A stretch of DNA of 58,290 nt, filler included, from Catajapyx aquilonaris (lineage: Eukaryota), in assembly GCA_000934665.2 (NCBI GenBank). It is 2 parts of 2 records of this genome, joined end to end, with 100 filler letters (N's around TTAATTAATTAA, not from the genome) between each part and the next. Parts side by side here need not be neighbours in the genome. Positions count along the whole stretch, not along the records: positions 1 to 29,096 come from JYFJ02004829.1; positions 29,197 to 58,290 come from JYFJ02004830.1. One strand, written 5' to 3'. Shown here in pieces: positions 26,401-43,436 of the stretch (position 1 is the first letter of the stretch; each line of letters starts with the position of its first letter). Position numbers and translations under genes: made by a program. Under the pieces are notes generated by a model. The model worked only from the letters and a program-made list of their open reading frames with translations, had not been told where the DNA came from and did not search any database.

Positions 26401-27364
26401 TAATTGGTAAAAATTGCAAACTATAGGCATATTTAGCAAAAACTTTGCAGGCAGCGTGCGGACAGTTGTTAAGCGACGTTAACATTGTTTTGCATATAGA
26501 CAAGAGTGTCTTAAAACGTAGCACAGTTCATATTCATGTAAGTCGTTTCCACTACTTTCTCACTATTCATTGTCATTTTGCTTCCTTTCAATTGGACTCG
26601 AATCATACTTGGTTTTCATTGCTACAAAATTCTTCAAAATTAATATGCACATTCCCGATTCGCACAATATTGGCTGACCTCTTCACATATTTCGCATTAA
26701 AGTGTGTACAGCTGCTAGTTGTCATTAACATGCAATTAATTTCCGTAGGTTGCGGTAATTTCGTCCGTGATCTGGAGTTCATGATTGGAGAGAAGATATC
26801 AAACGGATGGAAGTGGTGCTGGATGTTCATTACTCCAGGCGTTTTGCTGGTGAGTCAATAACATCAATTGCGATTTACTTTAATTTTTGTTAATTAATAA
26901 TTTGCAATTGTAGTTCATCTTCTTGACGACGATAATCTTCAACACGCCAGTTTCATACAACCAGATAGTTTTTCCGAACTGGGCGCAAGCAATAGGATGG
27001 ACATCGGCCGGAATGTCCATGATTTGCATACCACTTTACATAATTTTTAAAATAGCAACCACTAAAGGATCACTCAAGGAAGTAAGTATCGGTCTTGGTA
27101 TCGGTGAATATTTTGTTAATAACATTTTCTAACTTCTTTAAAAAACTTATAATTTCATAGCGCATCGTATCCAATTTCCGTCCAAGTCCCGATTGGGGGC
27201 CAAGGCACCCAAAATTCCGGGAAGAATGGAAGATTCATTGTGAGGAAAACCCTGTGCCAAAGTTTCAACTCAGGAGCCTTTTCTTCAGCACAAGAAGTCC
27301 CTCAGTCATCAATTCCCAGGAGCAGTGCAAAGAGTCTGAGCTTAAAAAAATCGAGATTCCGTGA
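17496..27364 (+). CDS. SLC6 sodium/chloride-dependent amino-acid transporter (glycine transporter-like), ~646 aa
   Basis: Exons 17496-17531 (less certain; alternative ATG at 20640), 20634-20826, 21355-21486, 23222-23376, 23481-23593, 23840-23972, 24323-24457, 24968-25071, 25147-25271, 25340-25452, 25514-25642, 25735-25834, 26749-26849, 26914-27081, 27161-27364; total 1941 nt, in frame. Motifs [96 protein letters not shown]. Gly rather than Asp in TM1 and Trp in the TM6 unwound region point to an amino-acid/GlyT-type carrier. Confidence 0.93.
22834..23182 (+). mobile_element. Helentron-associated (DINE-1/HINE-like) non-autonomous element in an SLC6 intron
   Basis: Perfect 15-bp subterminal inverted repeats TATACTTTTTCTCAT (22837-22851) and ATGAGAAAAAGTATA (23137-23151); GTCY microsatellite at ~22876-22894; 3' stem-loop AATCACGC-TC-GCGTGATT (23156-23173); T-rich flanks. 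Confidence 0.85.
23042..23126. mobile_element. 85-bp inverted-repeat element nested in the DINE-1-like element
   Basis: Perfect 17-bp inverted repeats GAAATGAGACTGACAAC ... GTTGTCAGTCTCATTTC. Confidence 0.6.
25992..26061. mobile_element. Tiny Tc1/mariner-like MITE remnant
   Basis: TA-CAGGGTGACTCA ... TGACTCACCCTG termini (12 bp, one mismatch). Confidence 0.45.
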
Positions 27365-29006
27365 AAATCCTCAAATGTTAGAATCAAATTTTAGTCGCGT
27401 TCTAAATTAATTTGCCGGAAATTTCTTTAATTTTTTTTGGCACGTTACCATCATGGTGACGCCAAAAACATCCATTGCAATATTGGCCTACAAAGCCAAT
27501 AAGTAGGTTTTTGACTTTTAAAATGCCATCTTTTTAAACGAAAAAAACAAACTTTTCCCTTTGTTTGTATTATTACTTTGTACATATTTCACTTGTTACA
27601 GACCATGTTGGTCCAAGTCACTCGCATATCATTTTCATCAATCACATAAATGCAGTGCAGATAATGATATTTCATACCAGGAGTCCGGCTAAAATGATGT
27701 TTACAATACCGAAACAGATAACCAATATTTTCTTATATAAAAATTGGAGAATTTATCCCAAGTTGGGGTAGGTACTAACTAAAACAGGATTAGACGGCGT
27801 TTTAATACAGAATTTGTTAAAATTTATATGCCTCGAATGCTCACGAAATTTGAAATAATGGCAAATATATCGAGACTAACCTAATATTATTATTCAAACA
27901 GTTCAAGACTGAAATGAATAATATTGAGATTAGTAGCTTACTGGTCAGCTGTCAATTACATCTCCGAATTACTGCTGCATATTGAAGGTCAACAAAATAT
28001 TGTGTACAGTACATGTACGATCTCGTTGAATACCTCAGTTATCACTGTTATCAATTGTTGAGATGATGATTGATAATCTTCACGCTAAATATAACTAAAG
28101 TGACTCATCATCTGCTCATCGTCGTATTCTCATTAATCGTAAGCAATCATGTCGTTGTCAGTAATCACTTTTAAATTAAATTATGATTACTCGAGGGAAT
28201 ATAGCTGCTGTAAACAAGTTGCAAGTTTAAAAAAAACCCATTTATTTTCCAAAGTAGGCTCCAAAGAAGGCAACAATTATCCCACACTAATGAGACCAAC
28301 AAATAATTGTATTTTCTACTGGAATCATGAAGCTCAACAGTTGTGCCAAAATTTACCGCGCGTTTATGCAAATATATCATAGGGAAATCAGATATTTTGT
28401 AAAAATGTAACATTTGTGCAACTGATGATTTTTGTAAAAAAAAAAACAACAAACAAACACGATACATTATATTTTTTAAAACCCCACTTTTAGTCAATTA
28501 ATTCATTAATTGCAATACTCACCTACATCAGCGTTCATGATTGTGATACTCTCATGTCATTATTTTACAGACACTTACGAAGACTCGCCTGAACCGGTTC
28601 ATAATATTAAACATTATTAAAATAAATAAATAAATAATAATAAGAATTATTATTCCGCAAATATCAAATATTTATCTACCTATTTATGCATATTTATGTA
28701 ATTATGTCTGTAATTTTTTTTGCACTCTTGCATGTAATAATATGAGGAATCGCGTCACTCTAACCATTAGAAGTGGACTAGAAGGAACCTGGTCGTGTGT
28801 GGCAATAGTATTTTCTCACGATATATTTTGATTAATGTCCTACCTACGTACATGCTTCCCAGTATTCCCACACATGTGACACATGTTCTGAGTACAGTAG
28901 ACTGTACTCGCAGATACACTGTGGTGTATTCCGAACAGTCAAACGTATAGAATATCCATCATACTTGGGCTTTGCCAACAATATGGAACAGTATGGAAAT
29001 ATTATA

Positions 29007-29096
29007 CAGGGTGTTTATTGTAACTCTGCAAAGACTTTCAGGGGTAATAGAGGAGACCAAGACAAGAATTTTTGACATAGGAACCCGTGTCCGGAA
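29007..29096 (+). mobile_element. Tc1/mariner-like element end, truncated by the assembly gap
   Basis: TA followed by CAGGGTGTTT..., a typical mariner-type terminus, running into the Ns; the other end is not visible. Confidence 0.45.
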
Positions 29097-29196
29097 NNNN
29101 NNNNNNNNNNNNNNNNNNNNNNNNNNNNNNNNNNNNNNNNTTAATTAATTAANNNNNNNNNNNNNNNNNNNNNNNNNNNNNNNNNNNNNNNNNNNN
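29097..29196. other. Artificial assembly gap/spacer
   Basis: 44 N + TTAATTAATTAA (stop codons in all six frames) + 44 N = exactly 100 nt. Confidence 0.95.
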
Positions 29197-29786
29197 GAAA
29201 AAATTGTGCCAATTTTTTGTGTGCCGTTCAAGTTTGTGCTGTGCAGTACCAAACAAACAGGCAGATAATCTCCTGTAAGGTGGTGGGCTGAAAAGTTGGA
29301 AGGAAATTGCATAACTCGTTGCATAACGGGGTTTAATTATGCTTTTTGTGTGTGATTTAAAGCATATTATCATGTTGGTGATGACTTGGTTCAAATTGTA
29401 AGTGGAGATAACATGACAAAAATGATGGACCGTATTATCCTCGGTATTATCAGTAACAGAGTCATCAAAGGCCTTGTTGAACGGCCAAGGTCAAGTGGGG
29501 ATAAACTGATGGGGCCTCCCAAGGGTAGATAGTGGGAATATGCTAGAAAAAAAGGAAATGATTTTTCCTCATCCGCATTGTATTATGCAGATTACTAATT
29601 TGAGTGATGGCCTGCATTTTGCAATGTTACAAACATGAAAAATGAGACAATGGCATGTATTGGGTATGGCATAAGCAGCCTGCAAGTGTAGCATGAATCA
29701 TAATGAACGACAGCAATTAATTGTCCTTAATTGAGGTTATATTAGTCACCATTTACAATGCGTAACGTTTCTCTTCCTGTTGACAG

Positions 29787-30245
29787 GCTGCAGGAGAACC
29801 AGTGAAGTTGACAGGCGAGCTGGAAGGCCTGGCGGCTGGACTACATGGTTTCCATGTTCATGAGTTTGGTGACAACACCAATGGTTGCACCAGTGCAGGA
29901 GCTCACTACAACCCGAAGGGCGTGGATCACGCAGGCCCCACCGATGCGGTTCGTCATGTGGGCGATCTCGGCAATGTAACCGCAGGCGCTGATGGAAAGG
30001 CAAAGATTGATATCACAGACAAAATCATAAGTCTGCAAGGACCAGAGTCTATCATTGGGCGCACCATGGTGGTAAGTGTTAGGTCGTATATGTACTAAGA
30101 GCTATTCTTGTCAACTGACTCTCTCCTGTTTCAGGTACATGCTGACCCAGATGACCTGGGCAAGGGTGGCCACGAGCTGAGCAAGACCACAGGAAATGCC
30201 GGGGGTCGCCTGGCTTGCGGTGTAATCGGATTGACAAAGCTGTAA
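29787..30245 (+). CDS. SOD1: Cu/Zn superoxide dismutase, 5'-partial (first exon not found, probably at or beyond the gap)
   Basis: Exons 29787-30071 and 30135-30245(TAA). [24 protein letters not shown]...HAGP...RHVGDLGN...[40 protein letters not shown], with all metal ligands, both disulfide Cys and the catalytic Arg. AATAAA at 30458-30463. Confidence 0.97.
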
Positions 30246-30781
30246 AAGAGATCAGCTCAAACTGGACATTCAGAAGAGTCCTGTATCCTGGACCAGATTT
30301 GTGTACCTCACTGTTTATTAGCATAGAGGTTTAACGTTCCAATGGTTACGCCTTGTTGATTTTGAACCATCCTTCCCTGCAATATACAGAAGATTTTGTT
30401 CCGCCACGCTCAACAGGTCGACCTAGCGGTGATTGATCCACTGAATTAATGTTCGACAATAAATTTTGATGCAATTTACACCATCGGCATATTCGCATGT
30501 CAGCAAGTGCCACAAAATTCAGGCACTAATTAACCCCTAACATACTGTTGCTCATAAATTGCACTGCACTTTAACATTACTGCAATTTACAATGGAATGT
30601 AACGCTAAATATGAAGGTAGCCTGTAAAATTTTAACTGACATGCCAGCTTAGTTCTGCAACACTTCATAGTGTCAATTTTAATTAGCGAAGTGCACACTC
30701 GTAATTAAAAATCAATTTCAGCCATTATTATGTTATTTTGAAGATTTTTAAGAAGAAAAGTTGTCAACAGATGGCAGAAGT

Positions 30782-30845
30782 ATGGCCATAGATTCAGATG
30801 ATGAGTCCGCTACGGGTACAATTGTCGTCCATGTTGGTGCAGGCA
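30782..30845 (+). other. Putative orphan exon or uORF encoding a Taspase1/type-2 asparaginase-like N-terminus (MAIDSDDESATGTIVVHVGAG)
   Basis: ATG at 30782; strong donor A|GTGAGT at 30845/30846; unspliced ORF ends at TGA 30851-30853. The motif IVVHVGAG resembles the first strand of TASP1/ASRGL1/IaaA. Confidence 0.4.
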
Positions 30846-30928
30846 GTGAGTGACCCAAGTTGACTAGATCTAGTCCGAAGCATCAGGAAAAAGAAGGGGC
30901 GAACGAAAGGAAGGGCGACCCGAGGGCG

Positions 30929-33900
30929 ATGGCGGAGGTGGAACAGGAGACTCGGCGGAACCTGGAGGCCGCCGCACATGTGCTGCTGGTAAGGGGCAGG
31001 TCAAAGGGCAAAGGTTGGGGGAAAAAGAACGGGGCGGACACCACCAAGGGAAACACGACGGCCAGGCCTAATCGAAGCTTTGTTCCCAGAAATTAATTAG
31101 AACGTGTCATGCTGTGGAAATGTGCAACCTACAGGTAATTAGGAAATAATTAGTATGTGACATCTGATGGAAATGTTAGCGACTGTGTGTGTGAAACAAT
31201 GGAAAGTACTTACCTTGTGTGAATAAAATGATTTGTTGCCACATTTGGGAGTAATGATTTGCTGACTGACGACTAACCTTCGTGTTAGGCTCCACCTAAT
31301 CTGGTGAGCAGTGACCAGCGTCATGCAGCCGAGGCGCTCTTTCTGGAGTTCCGCAAGACCAAGACTCCTTTTATGCTCTGCAGATACATACTCGGTAATT
31401 ATTCGGTAATGCAGTGGTTGCTGAAAGGGTCCTCTAACAATTGTTTTATAAATTTCAGAATCAAGTGGTTCGGAATATGTACTGTTCGAGGCTGCTGCTC
31501 TCTTGCAAGAGGCTGTGGTTCGAGAATGGGGGACGGAATCTGGCCTGCAAGGCGGTGCAGACGCGGAGGCCCTGCAGTCATACCTCCTGCAGTTGGTGCA
31601 GCGTCCTGACCTTCCCGGCAGCGTAAGGAGCCGCCTCCTACAGTTGGTGGCTGTACTGGTGAAACGTGCCTCTCTACAAGATGGTGGAGGACAGAGGGCT
31701 CAACTTCTAGATCATCTGCAACAAATGCTGCTGCAATCAGGCGGAGGTGGGGAGGAGCTGGCCTGCGGGATTTTGCAATCTCTTCTGGAAGAGTTTGGAA
31801 CGACTCTCCACTCAGCTGATATGGGTCTTCCCTGGGAGGAGCACCTGAAAGCCAAAAGACATTTCGAGGGTGGAGGACACCTGCAGAGGATCTTTCGTCT
31901 GTGCCTGCAGGTGCTGGGAGGGATGCTGACCAGTCCTGCAGCTGTCACAGGAGGACCAGCCTTCCCCCACGCTGGCCTACTCAGACGGCTGCTGGCCTTG
32001 CTGGAATCAGTGCTGACCTGGAACTTCGTCTCTCTCAATCATATCCTTTCTATCAAATAATTACACTGAAATGGCAGTTGCTGAAGAGTGCAGGAACATT
32101 GAAATAATATTGGTAGTGGGGAATGGTGATATTACAGATTAAATTAAGACAAAGTGTCAGTGTTTTGGATCCCTGAGGATCGTGTTCTAGGGGTTTTAAT
32201 GTGAATGGAAAATCCTGTGCTGGCACCAAACAATATTGTTACCAAATTGGTAAAATTCCACTTTATCTTAGGTCCGTAATAGATCAGTTTCCGGTTTCAC
32301 TATTTCGTTTTTTGAAAGTTGGTGGCCCTACTGCCGTGCATTCATATCTTACAGTAATGTAAGCACAGGAAATGTAATTAACCACAATGGGGAGTGCATG
32401 ACCTGTAGTTGTGTAGTGTCCTATACATTTTATAACTTTCTTAACTTGCTGGCACTGCCAAAGAAGTTGATGGGTATGTACGAAGCAAACCAGAATCCAT
32501 CGCTGCGTCCTGGAGTGGCCTGGAAAGAAGTTTTTCTAGAGTCCAACCTGATAGAAATGTTCTTTCAGGTAAGAACAATTTGCCTACATTTTGATTTGTT
32601 TATTCTGATTCTGAAGTCTTATTACCTTTTTTATATATAAATTTGTTTATTACCTCCTATATAAACCAAGACCACACTCCAATGTAAATGATATTTCACA
32701 TTGACATTAACACAACCTTTTAATTGCGTTTTGGATGACCAAATCATGTTTTTTGATGTGATGTGTTTTTCTCCTCAGCTTCGTTGGCTAGCACGCACTG
32801 ACACCCTAGCGCTCCACTCCTGGAGCAACTGCATGGTGCAGCTGGCATCCCTGAATGGGGCTCTCCTAGGCACGAAGGAAGATAAAGTCCACTACCTGTC
32901 TTCCTTTCTCCAGGGTGGCTACCTGACCCTCCTAGGTTCCACTGATCTCCAAGGAGACGAGGTCCTCGGCCTGGCCCAGTCCACGCGAAACTTGGTCCTG
33001 TTCTTCCCTCCCAATCTTCTTCCTTCCCTCTCTCCTGCCCTGCAGCACTCATTCCTACACCACCTGACGACTCTCACCTGTCACCTTGCCAACCTTGCAG
33101 CACAGGAGGAGGCCAGCCTAGGGTCTGTCTTTACCTCCGTATCTTCTGATGACAGAGTGGCCTGGGATTCCTTGGAGCGCTTGCTGGAAGCCTGGACAGT
33201 GCTGTCAGGGGAGGCTTCCTCCTTGCCCACCAACTTACTTAGCGAAGGGGCATGGATGGTCTTCCAGGAGTACCTCAAGAGCCACCTGGCACCTCCGCAG
33301 GGGATACGAGGGGCTGCCGCACCAGTGGAGGTTAGCTTCGTCGGCTGCGTTTTCTGTCTTTATGCTCAGTCTCTGCTGCTGTTGTAGATTAATGTCACTA
33401 CTGATTGCACTAAAAGTAACAAATTTTTTTATGTCACAGCGGGATGGACAGGATGAAGAGGAAGAGGTGGATGAGGTGGAAGAGACTGACTTGACCCGAT
33501 GCCGGGATCAGCTGCAGGCAATAGGAGCATTGGCCAGGCTGGTTCCTCAGCGGTCTCTCCCAACCTTGGTGACTCTCCTTCGCCGAGGAACTGCACAGCT
33601 CCAGAGCCTTCTGCATCACTTGGCACTGCAGGGAGTTGGGATAGCATCATCCAGACGCCTCAGAGATCTGCAAGAGGATTTGCACTGGTTGATGCTGGTG
33701 GCCGGGTGGGTGTTGGCTCCAGATCAGGAAGGAGAGACTGCACTAATTCCGTGGGAGCTGCTCAAGGAGAGCCAGGACATGGTGCAAGGTGGAGGAATTG
33801 TTCCTAGGATTGACTTCCCACAGGTGAGAAAGCACTTACGAATCAGATGACTGCACGTAACTGCAATTTTTATTAACATTACAAGCTGTTATTTCCCTTC

Positions 33901-35805
33901 CCCAACCTTTATGGGCAAATTGAATAGTCTGAGCTTACGGTTTGCTATCATTCTTCAGATGGTTCTTCAGGAGGTGGATAGTGAAGGTGAAGAAGAGCCT
34001 GGTGGTGACTGCCTCGTTGCTCTGGCTGCCTGCACCCTTCGCCTTGCACATGTTGATGCCAGTACATGGGGTGCATCCACCCTCTCCCCTGCAGCAAGCC
34101 CCCTCCTGTCCGCGTCCGTCCTATGGTTCCTCCGAAAATGGTCTGCAGCGTACCTCCTTCCTCCTGAGAGCCTCTACGCTCATCTGGCAGCTCCTCTCCA
34201 GGCAGCCTTTGGCCGTGACACCCCTTCCGCTGCATGGACTGTTCGCTTTTTGTTAGGCCTTGCTGCTACGTACTTACAGAACTGTGGGGGTGAGTCAGAC
34301 GTGATTGATGGGGCAGTCTCGCTGCTGGTGTCCCTGGCAGAATGCAAGCACAAGGGTGGAGCAGTGATGGCTGCCGCTGACAGCCTAGGAGCACTTGTAG
34401 TCATTTTGCATGGAAAGAAGGCGCTAGGAGCTGAGGGGCGACGAGGACTAGCTCGTGCACTGGTGGCCATTGGTGGGTCTGCAGATCGGCCAGCTCGTGA
34501 TGAGTTTTGGGGACGTGTGTTACGCCCTGTCATAGAGTCCCTAAGTACTGATCTGAGCTCACCAGCACATCGAGACATCACACTCTCCCTCCTAGACTGC
34601 TTAATTGGAGCAGCACGTGCAACCCAAGCAACTACAGCCACTCCTCTGTTCCAAATGGCACTCCGACCTGCACTGAGGGTGGCACCAGGACTGTTTCGTG
34701 CAGCTGCCAACTACGGGGAAGTGCAAGTCGGGCTCCTTGAGGTTTACGACGAGGCAGCACAGAGGACCCTGTGCTACCTCCCCCCTGATGAGTCAAGAGA
34801 GTTCTGCGGGTATGCACTGGCCTTGGTGGCAGAGTTTAGGAGAGTGAGAGGAACCAGCCTAGTGTTGGAGCCAGGGTCAGAAGAAGATACGTACAGGCAC
34901 ATACTGCTGCTCATGCAAGTAGCAACTCACCTCCTGGGGAAGGATATGCTCGGTAAGATGATTCACAACATATCACGTTGAAATCAGCAGTTTCTACCAC
35001 TTTATATATACTTCTAGCTGGATAGGTGGGGTAGAGATGCAAGTTTCGTGAACAAGCCTCCCAAAAATAGAAACCTTACATTGTTGCTCAATCTTGTACT
35101 TGTCAGTGTTGACTAGTGCATTGTTTTGTTTGCTTTATTTCAGACTTCGGTGAGTGTGTGCCTGAAGGGAACAATGAAGAAATACGTAGCATCCCATCAG
35201 AGGTTTGCTTGTCTGCCCTGGACACACTCCTTCCCCTCCTGACTGGGGAGCTCCTCCGCTTCCCTTCACTGTCCCTCCAGTACTACAAGTTGGTCTCCCT
35301 TCTCTGTGAGATGCATCCCCAGCAAGTCCTCCAACTGGGTCTGCAGCTGCGAGGCCCACTCCTAGGGTCTCTCGAGGCTGGGTTGACCGGATTCTCAGGT
35401 GATGTGGCCATCCTCTGCTGCGATGCCCTTCAGTCCCTCGCCAGCTGCGTGTCCTCAAGTGATGGACCAACTGCAAGTGACTGGCCAGCACTTCTCAGGC
35501 CGTTTTTGGAGGGACTACTGCAGCCGCTGGTTGGAGGCCAGCTGGCTCCCGAGTCCCTTGCGTCTGCTTCTTCCGCTCTGTTTGCTCTCCTCTGTGCACT
35601 TCCTGATGCTCTGCCATCGCTGTCCCATGCACTGTTACGTCATGTGCAAACCCCAGCAGATGCTGTGAGGCTCAATCAGGCCCTGTCCGATTTGCTTCAG
35701 GGTGTTCTCCCCTTGCTGCCCCCTACGAGACCTAAACGCATACATTTTCGGGACAACTTTGATAAGTTCCTCTTTGTTGCCAGGGGCATCATTCTCATTA
35801 AGTAA
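30929..35805 (+). CDS. XPO4: Exportin-4, 1150 aa
   Basis: Exons 30929-30988, 31289-31394, 31459-32040, 32456-32568, 32779-33330, 33440-33823, 33959-34952, 35144-35805; 3453 nt in frame. Motifs LEAAAHVLLAPPNLVSSDQRHAAEALFLEFRK, YVLFEAA..LQEAVVREW, HLAPPQG, EDLHWLMLVAG, FLRKWSAAYLLP, LLRFPSLSLQYYKLV, FRDNFDKFL. AATAAA at 36354-36359. Confidence 0.93.
32041..32455 (+). other. U12-type (minor spliceosome) AT-AC intron in XPO4
   Basis: 5' end ATATCCTTTC at 32041, branch site TTTCTTAAC at 32437-32445, AC acceptor at 32454-32455. Removal joins AAT C|TG CCA (N-L-P-K-K) in frame; read-through hits TAA at 32058-32060. Confidence 0.93.
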
Positions 35806-36424
35806 ATTGAGACTCAATCTTGCTGAGCTGGGATAATGCTGTCACTCTGGGATTGTAGCGATTAAAAAAAGAAGAAGAAGAAACACTTGGGCCATCTCGA
35901 CTGTCGAATTTGGCCAAAGTGTCTTGTCAATCAGGATGGATTGTCTCAGAGTGTACTTACACGATTCTCACCTTTTTACATTAATATATAGAGCCAGTGT
36001 GAAGATTTTTGTACATTACTATTCAGTGTTTTGCCTTCCATATCTAAGGATGCTTTTCAACGCGTACTGTATTATTGCATTTACTGTGGTCTGCTCCCTG
36101 GTTATATTTTGCATTGGCAACTGCTGGAAATGGCGTAGACAACACTCTTCACAGGCCCCTCTTCTCTCTTTTTTTTTTGTGTGTGTGTGTTTCTCGCCCT
36201 GCTGTCATGTGTAATGTTGCAATACTGTTTTTTTTTTGCCCAGAATATTTATTTGTTGCATCATTTTCTAGTGAAACTTGTACAGTAATCGTCACTGAAA
36301 TTGTTTATCACAAGGCAATGAGCAATCATTGTATTTTTATTTCACAGCTGGGAAATAAACTGTACAGTTTTCCATGTAAAACGGTGCCTTTTACTATGCA
36401 TCGATGAACTCGCTTGCAAACTAC

Positions 36425-36535
36425 AGGTGACGAGTCAACGTGTCAGACACATGCACCTAGGTGATAAGTCAACGTGTCAGACACATGCACCTAGGTGATG
36501 AGGCAATGTGTCAAGAGTCACATCTAGATGATATA
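36425..36535. repeat. 34-bp tandem repeat (~3 copies) between XPO4 and ATE1
   Basis: AGGTGAYRAGTCAACGTGTCAGACACATGCACCT at 36425 and 36459, with a degenerate copy at 36493. Confidence 0.8.
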
Positions 36536-36810
36536 AGTGTGTGAATCCCAGGCGATGGAAGTGTCATGGGCTGTACTTTTTGAGTAAGCCCGCCTTCAGT
36601 TTCCTAGTACCGTTGCTTGCCACGAGAGGTCAGGAGCATCTTCCTCAGCAGACTATAGTGACGTCATCATTTGGCCATCTGGGGGAAGGGGGGGAAGGAG
36701 GGGGAGGAGGACTATCATTCGATAGAACCCACCCAAATGAAAGGAAGGGTGGCTCCCCATTATTTTCATCTATTTATTTCTCTGATGTGATTGAACCAGT
36801 ATTAGCAGCC

Positions 36811-42361
<5,551 letters not shown>

Positions 42362-43403
42362 GAGTAACACTGTTTTATTTGGTTCAGGGAGGCCGTTGTT
42401 GACATGGCCATGAGGGAGGTGGCGGTAAAGTTATTGAAAAATCTGCTGTGATTCAACAGAACTGTTTGTAGATGTTTTAACTGAGACCCACAACAATGCA
42501 TTATTAAAGAGCTGTTAGCTCTGACTTCGTGTCTCATTTGTGTTCTAGGGTGATTCCTACTTGCAATAATAGTTGAGAGAAGTTTGGTCCATCAAGATTC
42601 AATGGGTAGTTTTCACCTTTTTTTTATACAAGGTCACTGACACCATGAGATGACGTCAGTGACAGTACATTATGTGACAAGACCCAAGTCCAAAGTTGCT
42701 AAACCTGTCTGTTATCTTTTTAGAAGCACTCTGAACATTATTCTGGCCTCCCTACGCAGTCAAAAAACAAGCGGAAACATTTCTCATGGCTCGTTAAAAG
42801 GTCCTTGAAAAGGTGAATAGGTATGCGAGTTTCTTCAAGACTTGCATATGTTTTTGTTTCATGATCTGTTCTTGCATATAAGGGTATTATTTTTATAACA
42901 TCCTTGAAGGATTACTACAGTATGCGGTTCGCCCCAATCAATAACTTAATTGCATTTAATCACATCATAACACAGATTTGTGGACTTGTCATGTATCCAT
43001 ACTAAATATTTGTACAGGCCAGAAACTGCCTTTTTTTTTTTTCATGGGTCGTCCGGGGTTGCCTCGGCCGTTACATGGTAGCACATTGCAATCCCCTGGG
43101 TTGTTCATTGCAGATTAATTTTAATCTCCCACAGCCAGTTTTCACAACACTTGTTCCAAGTTCTGCATCACGCAATCTGTACTGAATTGTACAATTTTTT
43201 TTCCCCCGGCCATCTCTTGACGTATAAGCACCGTGCTGCCGGTGCGGTTTTTCCTGACTGCCTGTACACACACAATCCGTGACTACCCATCCACAGCATC
43301 CATCAGCCTGCAGACGAGAGGGGCAGAGAGTGGAAGAGAAGGGGGGGCAATGCGGCTGTACTCGTCACGGGGGTTTGAATTGAACGCCCTTGGGCCTTCG
43401 AAG

Positions 43404-43436
43404 TGACGTCAATTGTGACGACCCCCGATGACGTCA
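43404..43436. promoter_or_regulatory. Paired CRE/ATF palindromes in the GC-rich putative promoter of the ankyrin/SOCS gene
   Basis: TGACGTCA at 43404-43411 and 43429-43436. A downstream donor GG|GTAATT (~43685) and an acceptor at 45072 suggest a non-coding first exon. Confidence 0.4.

Noticed and set aside
29141..29152. TTAATTAATTAA palindrome inside the N run
   Set aside because: Synthetic six-frame-stop spacer in a 100-nt gap. Adjacency of the two halves and the missing SOD1 exon 1 should not be interpreted biologically.
36425..36535. 34-bp repeats as a possible CRISPR array
   Set aside because: Head-to-tail repeats without unique spacers, no cas genes, eukaryotic context.
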